A DNA stretch of 64,000 bases, taken from positions 21,107-85,106 of the forward strand of contig JAZSGQ010000032.1 in assembly GCA_045532805.1 (NCBI GenBank), read 5' to 3'. The stretch comes from Eubacteriales bacterium (GTDB lineage: Bacteria > Bacillota > Clostridia > Oscillospirales > CAG-272). Of the stretch, positions 57,701 to 64,000 are shown piece after piece. Position 1 is the stretch's first letter. Every line of letters begins with the position of its first letter. Under the pieces are notes generated by a model. The model ran no database searches, was not told the origin of the DNA, and was given only the letters and a program-made list of their open reading frames with translations. A program made the translations under genes and the position numbers.

Positions 57701-60700
57701 GCACGTTTACTCATTCCGGCTCCGGCAACATCATTTCCCTTACAAATGGCACACTTACCATTTCGGGCGGCACCTTTACGCACAGCGGCACCGGCAGCGC
57801 AGCCGACAACGGCCTTGTGCTGTATGTTTCCAACGAAAGTACAACAACCATTTCGGGTGGCACGTTTGAAAAGAGCACCGTAAACGACAACGTGCTTTAT
57901 ATCTACTCTACGAAGGCCACCGTTAATATCGAGGGCGGTACGTTCAAGATTTCCTACGCCGATGCCACCGCTGAACTGATCAAGATCAGTTCGCTCGGAG
58001 CGCTCAACATTTCGGGCGGTTCCTTCGTCAATGAGGGCAAGAGCAGCTATCTGATCAACTATGCAGGCACAACCGCAACCGGCGTCATCAAGATTACTGA
58101 GGATGCCTACCCCACGCCGAGCAATGTGCTCCTTTACGGCAAGGCAATTTTGGCCGACGACACCACGGCAATCAAGCTCGGTTACGTGGCACGCATCGGC
58201 GAGCAGACCGCCAAGGGTTTGTCTTCCACTAATTATTATAAGACGCTTGCAGACGCCGTAACCGCGGCCAATGACGACGGCGTAGATTCCACGATCACCC
58301 TGATCACCGACGTGGAGCAAACGGCAAGCCTCAGCCACGTGGCTTCCAAAATCACCTTCACCAGTGCGGGCACACGCAAGAAACTCACGCTGAAGGTGGA
58401 TAACGCGTTTGACGCCGACACCAGCGCACAGTTGACCTTCGAGAACATCGAGGTGGACTGCGGCAGTTATCTGCTCGGTTGGTTCAGCAACGGCGATACG
58501 TTGACTATCGGCAACGGTGCATACATTCACGGCGTAGGCACCTCGGGATTTGATGTCGCCACCGGTCTGATCTATCTGGGCAACGCCAATGCAAAACTCT
58601 ACGTACTGGACGGTGCCGAGCTGAAGGCAACGGGCTCTTACCCCATTTTACATATTGGAAACGGCACGGCCGAGATTTCGGGTGGCACCTTCACGCACGA
58701 AGGCACAGATCATATCCTGACTGTAAACGATGGACGTGCAAACATTTCGGGCGGCACCTTCACTCATGAAGGCACGGGCAGTATTTTCCAGACAACCGGA
58801 CAACAGACCGCAGGCATCAAGGTAACCGGCACCGTAACTGCCACGCACAAAGGTAATGGCAAGGGCTACATTTATCAAAGAGCCGAGACTATCAAAGACG
58901 ATTACACCGGAGGAGGCGGAACCCAAGGCGGCTTTTATGCCGAGGGCGAGAACGTTAGCTTGATCGCTCGGGGTGATGCCAAGCTTTTCTTCAGCGGCTA
59001 TATCCCTTCGGAAGCAGGCTTTGTGACAACGCTTCCCAACGGTGCCACGGTGGGCTCGTCTTTGACCGTCAAGGACGCAACCCTCTCCGTTGATAGCAAC
59101 ATCGCGTGCGATATCAATGCCGAATACCTCAATCTCCAAAACGTGAAGTTCGTCAACGATACAGCGGCAGCGGCGTTGATGGGTTCCTATGGCGCCAACA
59201 CTGCCCCGTATCACGTGGCAGCCTTCCGTGTTGGCAATACTACGGGTCAGGGCTACTTCACCGACCTTGGCGTAGCCATTCAGTACGCCCAGACGCTGAG
59301 CGCAGCTGCGACGCAGAATGGTGCCTTTGTATACGTGCTGGCCGATGCAAGCCCCTTCGGTCTATTCAAACGAGTCACCACCTCCGTAACGCTTACGGGC
59401 GGCAAGGTGACTGTTACGAGCAACAATGCAACAGCACCCAAGCTTGATATTTCCGGCAGTGCCTATCGCTTTGTTATTGAAAGCGGTGCAGAACTAATCC
59501 TTGACAACATCGAAGTGACCGTCGGCGGCAAGCTCGCCGAGGTCAAAGAGGGCGGCAAGCTGACCATTGAAGGTGGCTCGTACACCGCAAACGGCAACGC
59601 TAACGTATTTTCGAACGGCGGCACAATGACCATAAACGGCGGCACGATCAAGCATAACGGCACCCAGGATACGATCACGACCACCGGCCCGCTGACAATC
59701 AATAACGACAGCAAACTCGAGAAGCGTGGCGACAACAACCTGATCAACACAAACGGGAACGCCGTTGTCACGATCAATGATAACAGTGAACTGATAAAGG
59801 ACGGCACTCACTATATCGTCAATACGCGAGGCTCTGCCGCAGTTTATATTTACGGCGGCAGATTCAGCGCGATCGGCGAGGCCTATATTTCCCGCGCGCA
59901 GACCGCCGGCACGTACACCTACGTTTACGGCGGCACCCGCGAAACGGGTAAAATCACCAGAGATGACGGCAATTACCGTGATTATCTGCTCTTCATGTCG
60001 GACGAGGCGGCTGCAGGCTTTGACCTCGTTGCCCGCATCGGCAAGCCCTCCGATTGGAGCCAAGGCTATGCATACTCCAATTATTATATGACGCTGGCAG
60101 CGGCCATCGCGGCTGTTCCCGACAACACGGCAACGACCATTTACGTCTTTGCTGACACGACGATCAGCGAGGCCATTACTGTTCCCGGCGCGAAGAACAT
60201 CACGCTTCAGGGTGTGAAGGTTGAGGGCGCAACCAACTGGCCCACGGTTTCCGAGACGATTTCCGCATACGCCATTGCTCTGGGCGGGGGCGCACAGCTG
60301 ACCGTGACCGACCTCAACTTCAGCACGAACGGCGCGATCCTCAAGGCCGACGTTGGTGCCGCCAAATCTTCCCTGACGCTGAACGGCGCAACCAAGGTAC
60401 AGGGCAATACTCTTGCGGCCGACGTGATCATGCTCTGCGGCAACGTGACCTTTGAGCTTGGCGCAAATGCAGAGATCACCACGCGCGGCACGACTTCTAC
60501 CGATACGGATTTCCGTCTGTTCCAGATTTCGAACAGCGGCGAGGCCGCCACGACGTGCAACTTCTACGGCAAGATCGACTTTGCGCACGAGAATACCGCC
60601 GGCAACTCTCAGCACCGTGTCTTCTATTTCAACAGCGCACAGAAAAATGTGGTCAACATTTACGACGGCGCGACCATGATCTTTGACGTGATCGGCGTCA

Positions 60701-63700
60701 CTGAAAAGAGAGCCGATGGCCAAGCCGGTTCCAACGCGATCCTGTACGCTTATCACGGCGATGGCGCCAAAACGACCTTTAACGTCTATAACGCAACGCT
60801 GGAATACAGATCCAATATCGGCTGCATTGTAAACCTCTACGGTGCGAGCGCGCTTCACGTGCACAAGTCCGAGGTCGAAGGCAAGTCTCCCGTATTTAAG
60901 TACAAAAGCGGAACCACATGCTCCACAGCCAAGGTTATCTGGCTTCATGATAGTTCTTCCGCCCTCATCGAGGACGGCAAATTCGAAATGCAGGGCGGCC
61001 AGATCACCTGTATCCAACAGGCCTCCAAGGGCGATCTCACCATCGAGGGTGGCACCTTCACCCATGAGGGAACGCACTACTTCGTCGACCTGGACGGTGC
61101 ATACTCCGCGACCATTGAATACGGTAAGTTTGAGCATAATGGCTCCAGCGGCAACGCGCGTCTTTTCCGTACGATCAATGGCGGCCAGCTCACCATCAAG
61201 GGCGGCGAGTTCCGCAACAACTCCAAAGATGACGGTTATGTCCTTATTGCAAATAGCGGTGACGCTACCCTTAACATCTCCGGCGGTGACTTCTATAGCA
61301 AGGGCTCCGCAAAAACCTTCTCCTTCAGAAGTGCAACCGCCATCGTAAACATCACGGGCGGTAACTTCCACCACATCGGCTCTGGTCCTATTATCCTCTC
61401 AGATACGGCCAATACAACGATCAACATCTCCGACGCGGACGGTGCCGTTTACTTCGAGCATACGGGCGACGGTAGGATCATCAATAACAGCAACGGCGCA
61501 TACTACACGATCAAGGGCGAGGGTGTTGCCCTTGTCGCCAAGGGTGCTGCCATTCCCTTCCGTTCCTACTATCGCATCTCCATTGAGGACGCTTATCTCT
61601 ACACCGAAGCGGCTACCGGCGCCGAATGGGATAGCCAAAAAAATCAACAAAGAGATGCCTATCGTAGCGATTACGTCGTAAAGAATGCAAGATTCGACAA
61701 CGACGCAATGGCCGAAAAGTTCAACGTCCACTTCCGCGTTGGCCTTGTCACCGATAGCATTACGGTAAATAAGGCAACCAAGAACGTAACCTGCGGTTAC
61801 TACAACACGCTTTATGCTTCCATTGCCGCAGCACAGGCGGACGCTGCAGTCACGACCAACGCCGGCGCGTTCGTTTACGTCATTTCCGAAACAGTACCCG
61901 AGACGGCAATCGGTACCGCGGGCATGTACGTTACCGCGGGCAAGATCACCGTTACCTCCGCACCGAATGTGCACGCAACGGTCAACCTCAATGGCAACGG
62001 TTATCATTTCCGTCCCAAGGGTGGCACGTTCGTATTCAAGGATATCACGCTCTACACCAAGGGCAACTTTGCACAAGTTCAAAACGGCGGCACGCTGACG
62101 CTTGACAGCGGCGCAACGGTCTGCGGCCCGATGCTTCGAGGTGGCACCCGTATTTCGTTTGCACAAAACGCCTTTAACGTACATCTGAACGTACTTAAGG
62201 GTGCGATCCTTCGCATCGACGCAACCGACGACCCCACCGCCGTTGACGCGCATCTGATCTACGTCAACGGCGAGAACCCGTCCAAGGGCGACACCGCTCC
62301 CGAGGGAACGATCACGATTGCGGGCACGGCAGAAAACCTGGCCGATTGCACCGGAGCGGATAAGGCTCTAGCTTACCTGCTTGAGATCGGTCCTGCCGTC
62401 AAGATGGACATTACGCTCACAGGTACGCTCCGTATGGCGGCAACCTGCAAGGAAAGCGCTTTGCTTGACGTAAAGGGCGCGCTCCTTCCCTACACAGAAA
62501 ACGGCGGCCTTTACATCAACGGTAACTTCGAGTTTGCCTCTACGGCGGGCGTGATGTTCAAGTTCCACACCGCGACCGCTACGATTGCGGGTGGTACCTA
62601 CAAAACGCAAAACGGTCACACCTTCTACGTGGGTACAGAAGTAGCCGTTTCCACCATTAACATCACAGGCGGCGAGTTCGAGCATAACAGCAACAGCCAC
62701 TTCGCAAACAACTATTTCAATGTTGATAAGATGGCAGACGTTCCTCAGCTGACGATCAACCTCAGCGGCAACACCTCCATTGAGTACAACGGCACCGCGC
62801 GCGTGTTCAACAACGTTTACCATGTCAACGCTTCTGAGAACACCTACATCAACCACACAGGCGCTAGCGGCTATATCTTCTGCGTGACCGGAGGCGGCTG
62901 CTCCGTCACGATTGAGGGCGGCACGTTCACGAGCAACGGTGCACGTCTGGTGCACATCAACTCGTCTACCGGATCTCTTGCGATTTCCGGCGGTGACTTC
63001 ACGCAGAATGGCGACAACTCCATGCTGTACACCATTGTTCCCGTACAGATTTCGGACAGCACCTTCACCCACAAGGGAATCGGTACAATCTTCCACACAC
63101 TCGCTCACGAAGCTGGTGTCAGCATCAGCGGCGAGACCATTGTCACGCACGAAGGTAACGGCGACGGATACATTTGGGAGAGAAAATACGGCGGTTTCCA
63201 CGCCGAGGGCGAGGACGTACAGCTTATTGCCAAGGGCAAGGCCGTTCTGCTCTCTACGGGCTATAGCAGCCCTCAGGCAAATCTTCCCAACGGCTCTCGC
63301 GCTGCCATTAAGGACGCTACCATCTCCGTAGAAAGCAAGATCATCTGTGCACAAAACGTAGAGTGGGTAGACCTGATCAACGTCCGAATCAAGGACGACG
63401 CAACCGCAGCGGCACTCTTCGGCTACTACGGTTCCGAGAATCCCAAGCCCCAGCACACCGTTGTTTCCTTCCGCGTCGGCGACATGGGAGGCCAGGGCTA
63501 CTACACGCACCTGAAGGACGTACTGGACGCAGTGCCCGACAACCAGGAAACCACCGTTTGCGTACTGGCTGACGTGTACTTCTCTCAGACTGCCACCCGC
63601 GTTACGGTGCCCGGCACGAAGAACGTGATTTTGAAGGGCATCAAGGTAGGCGACGCGACCGAGAATCCCACGTTCTACGAGAACATTACCGATGATTATC

Positions 63701-64000
63701 TCATTACTCTCGCGGACGGTGCAAGCCTGACCATTACCGACGTGAACATCAGCACGAACGGTTACGTCTTCTACTCCGGTACCGGCACAGCGCCCAACCT
63801 CAAGCCCACCTTCCTTACCTTGGACGGTGCGACCAAGATCCAGGGCGTAGGCACGCTGCAGGCACGCATCGTGGAAACCTTCGGTTCCTTTACGTTTACT
63901 GCAACAAAAGACGTGGTTATTTCCACCAGAGGCGCAAAGAGCGCAGGCGACTTCCGTATGTTCTTCATCGGCAATCACGCTACCAAGGGCGTCTTTGCAA
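54715..64000 (+). CDS. 3'-truncated giant secreted repeat protein (more than 3,095 aa inside the window), predicted beta-helix/adhesin-like. It is absent from the supplied ORF track.
   Basis: I translated every codon from the ATG at 54715 to nt 63999 and found no stop in 3,095 codons. GAAAGAGG lies 5 nt upstream. The N-terminus MNKTLRRALTFLIIATCLVCAMALSASACAWA looks like a Sec signal peptide. Third codon positions are G/C-rich. At least 19 I-x-G-G-x-F-x-H-x-G rungs and reiterated FRVG...YYxTL motifs are present. The window ends before the stop. Confidence 0.9.
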   Translation, partial: MNKTLRRALTFLIIATCLVCAMALSASACAWANAQAAEGTPATYSSDSDAYAAGVHLYGESNYCSGVSRENLFSYGNLFSYGKLYCDPAKTTIADAVRCFYDTCLVDNPENTAAVMKILDYTEANTAAEYNLYVYVIDSNDTVVRKTVSAYYGSADLQTAIKDAQVYDLDATSKTWAFARISESGTDIVVCAGDDACAVATKDRVNGGYHYTLDGSTGAYTVYYTLDAAMAASTAFTDVANVTNATAKTFNYDGVTYTVTTSLSTDELAKEAGAAAKVGDDQYFSNFATALSAGGDILDFNATAYTNTLTFKFNNQDVTVKTDAASVIDLMENSSLGFMVAIGVSADGTHSVISYYDAANAAECKPLIEASGTTYQWVQLYNRYVNSYSYSMRYLFVYERLSDCIEARYNWSEDVVYEGVPVADGYTLDPNGYSIYRLDTLGTDTITDGFTLYKNGKDFLTWNIKIHVPGYTNGTTAVQQYISKVLSDEGVYQCFSYVNTGAKPFSFYKSVSDVIAAGDTGSIFMLEAVYDPTGTNIFDGTTATTVSVNGTTYNFRVATDSTAQEMLTSDGSVYATVTNGEDVSYYSSAAALKDAGELQDTTTYIILKSDGTILEFTSFAVALAAYTEGTLMPVATDGTLTTTLMSFAGVICPVQHSGTADEFALSEGYKYKVAYVSVLALGSTPEYVYYTTLADATAAAGGATVYDLANASENTVTVTVDGTDYTLATTLTADVLAIEFGAKYSANGAYFTTLEKANAAQTDKILVVGTEANGITPLSYYADLKAAAAAGATTIVDLNATATTATTVTMDGMTYTVTTDETSLDALAVALGAVAKLGDAYYTTLSKAITALSAADQTIYLIANYAQPEPIRGGDLPAETGKVSAPYNFTLSSTDPESITLTISGSRLFDLGDGSKIVPTLKNITINCGAKDLGYFNNVTVILDEGTHVYGTGSSNGVVYGGGNANITVNADVTIEASGANPLFKIPKATLTINGGTFTHSGSGNIISLTNGTLTISGGTFTHSGTGSAADNGLVLYVSNESTTTISGGTFEKSTVNDNVLYIYSTKATVNIEGGTFKISYADATAELIKISSLGALNISGGSFVNEGKSSYLINYAGTTATGVIKITEDAYPTPSNVLLYGKAILADDTTAIKLGYVARIGEQTAKGLSSTNYYKTLADAVTAANDDGVDSTITLITDVEQTASLSHVASKITFTSAGTRKKLTLKVDNAFDADTSAQLTFENIEVDCGSYLLGWFSNGDTLTIGNGAYIHGVGTSGFDVATGLIYLGNANAKLYVLDGAELKATGSYPILHIGNGTAEISGGTFTHEGTDHILTVNDGRANISGGTFTHEGTGSIFQTTGQQTAGIKVTGTVTATHKGNGKGYIYQRAETIKDDYTGGGGTQGGFYAEGENVSLIARGDAKLFFSGYIPSEAGFVTTLPNGATVGSSLTVKDATLSVDSNIACDINAEYLNLQNVKFVNDTAAAALMGSYGANTAPYHVAAFRVGNTTGQGYFTDLGVAIQYAQTLSAAATQNGAFVYVLADASPFGLFKRVTTSVTLTGGKVTVTSNNATAPKLDISGSAYRFVIESGAELILDNIEVTVGGKLAEVKEGGKLTIEGGSYTANGNANVFSNGGTMTINGGTIKHNGTQDTITTTGPLTINNDSKLEKRGDNNLINTNGNAVVTINDNSELIKDGTHYIVNTRGSAAVYIYGGRFSAIGEAYISRAQTAGTYTYVYGGTRETGKITRDDGNYRDYLLFMSDEAAAGFDLVARIGKPSDWSQGYAYSNYYMTLAAAIAAVPDNTATTIYVFADTTISEAITVPGAKNITLQGVKVEGATNWPTVSETISAYAIALGGGAQLTVTDLNFSTNGAILKADVGAAKSSLTLNGATKVQGNTLAADVIMLCGNVTFELGANAEITTRGTTSTDTDFRLFQISNSGEAATTCNFYGKIDFAHENTAGNSQHRVFYFNSAQKNVVNIYDGATMIFDVIGVTEKRADGQAGSNAILYAYHGDGAKTTFNVYNATLEYRSNIGCIVNLYGASALHVHKSEVEGKSPVFKYKSGTTCSTAKVIWLHDSSSALIEDGKFEMQGGQITCIQQASKGDLTIEGGTFTHEGTHYFVDLDGAYSATIEYGKFEHNGSSGNARLFRTINGGQLTIKGGEFRNNSKDDGYVLIANSGDATLNISGGDFYSKGSAKTFSFRSATAIVNITGGNFHHIGSGPIILSDTANTTINISDADGAVYFEHTGDGRIINNSNGAYYTIKGEGVALVAKGAAIPFRSYYRISIEDAYLYTEAATGAEWDSQKNQQRDAYRSDYVVKNARFDNDAMAEKFNVHFRVGLVTDSITVNKATKNVTCGYYNTLYASIAAAQADAAVTTNAGAFVYVISETVPETAIGTAGMYVTAGKITVTSAPNVHATVNLNGNGYHFRPKGGTFVFKDITLYTKGNFAQVQNGGTLTLDSGATVCGPMLRGGTRISFAQNAFNVHLNVLKGAILRIDATDDPTAVDAHLIYVNGENPSKGDTAPEGTITIAGTAENLADCTGADKALAYLLEIGPAVKMDITLTGTLRMAATCKESALLDVKGALLPYTENGGLYINGNFEFASTAGVMFKFHTATATIAGGTYKTQNGHTFYVGTEVAVSTINITGGEFEHNSNSHFANNYFNVDKMADVPQLTINLSGNTSIEYNGTARVFNNVYHVNASENTYINHTGASGYIFCVTGGGCSVTIEGGTFTSNGARLVHINSSTGSLAISGGDFTQNGDNSMLYTIVPVQISDSTFTHKGIGTIFHTLAHEAGVSISGETIVTHEGNGDGYIWERKYGGFHAEGEDVQLIAKGKAVLLSTGYSSPQANLPNGSRAAIKDATISVESKIICAQNVEWVDLINVRIKDDATAAALFGYYGSENPKPQHTVVSFRVGDMGGQGYYTHLKDVLDAVPDNQETTVCVLADVYFSQTATRVTVPGTKNVILKGIKVGDATENPTFYENITDDYLITLADGASLTITDVNISTNGYVFYSGTGTAPNLKPTFLTLDGATKIQGVGTLQARIVETFGSFTFTATKDVVISTRGAKSAGDFRMFFIGNHATKGVFA
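54924..54959 (+). repeat. Perfect 2 x 18-nt in-frame tandem duplication inside the giant ORF
   Basis: The unit gaaccttttctcctacgg occurs at 54924-54941 and again at 54942-54959. It encodes NLFSYG-NLFSYG. Confidence 0.95.

Noticed and set aside
54727-63978. Six long minus-strand ORFs in the track (651, 595, 188, 626, 284 and 536 aa) that together tile the right-hand 9 kb.
   Set aside because: All six lie in the frame exactly antisense to the uninterrupted plus-strand ORF. They are bounded by its rare TTA, CTA and TCA codons. They lack RBS or signal features, and they translate to V/G/R/C/D-rich sequences with no repeat logic, whereas the plus translation shows coherent protein repeats. They are shadow ORFs of a GC-rich gene.
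1-64000. A whole-window scan for CRISPR arrays, rRNA or tRNA genes, riboswitch or T-box leaders, and integrase, transposase or phage genes.
   Set aside because: I recognised no spaced direct-repeat arrays, no cloverleaf-compatible sequences, no recognisable riboswitch cores upstream of the transporters or biosynthetic genes, and no recombinase-like ORFs. This scan was by eye only, so small or divergent elements could have been missed.

Overview
This is a GC-rich chromosomal segment from an endospore-forming Firmicute, Clostridia-like on the evidence of PolC, spoVFA/spoVFB and sigG. From about 3.2 to 53.9 kb it is a dense, mostly minus-strand run of core housekeeping genes. These are pncB; spoVFAB; birA; polC; ispG-rseP-dxr-cdsA-uppS-frr-pyrH; tsf-rpsB; a Clp/Hsp100 ATPase; truA-ecfT-ecfA2-ecfA1; ruvC divergent from DUF951-ruvA-ruvB; pgi; a DD-carboxypeptidase; galM; a Crp/Fnr regulator with a NitT/TauT-type ABC importer; sigG; folD-lgt with two M16 peptidases; mrp; and a two-gene ABC exporter. 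Many 4-nt ATGA overlaps, hairpin terminators and sigma-A-like promoters are visible. I recognised no rRNA, tRNA, CRISPR array, integrase or transposase. The main outlier is at the right end. After about 850 nt of non-coding DNA carrying a GC-rich imperfect palindrome, a plus-strand frame opens at ATG 54715 and runs off the window: 3,095 sense codons with no stop. It has an RBS, a near-consensus promoter and a Sec signal peptide. This frame is missing from the supplied ORF track. The six long minus-strand ORFs listed there lie in the codon-for-codon antisense frame and are bounded exactly by the rare TTA/CTA/TCA codons of the plus-strand gene. The product is a giant secreted repeat protein with reiterated I-x-G-G-x-F-x-H-x-G rungs and FRVG...YYxTL cap motifs, which suggests a beta-helix or adhesin-like fold. 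Secondary oddities include a Cys-rich lipoprotein gene frameshifted at a homopolymer, an orphan 135-aa P-loop protein, and a 900-aa surface protein translationally coupled to pncB and a DUF523 gene. There is also a 5'-truncated multidomain MBL-fold protein, a Clp ATPase with a zinc-ribbon N-terminus, and an M14-like protein with an apparently degenerate active site. All product calls rest on motif recognition by eye; no database search was run.
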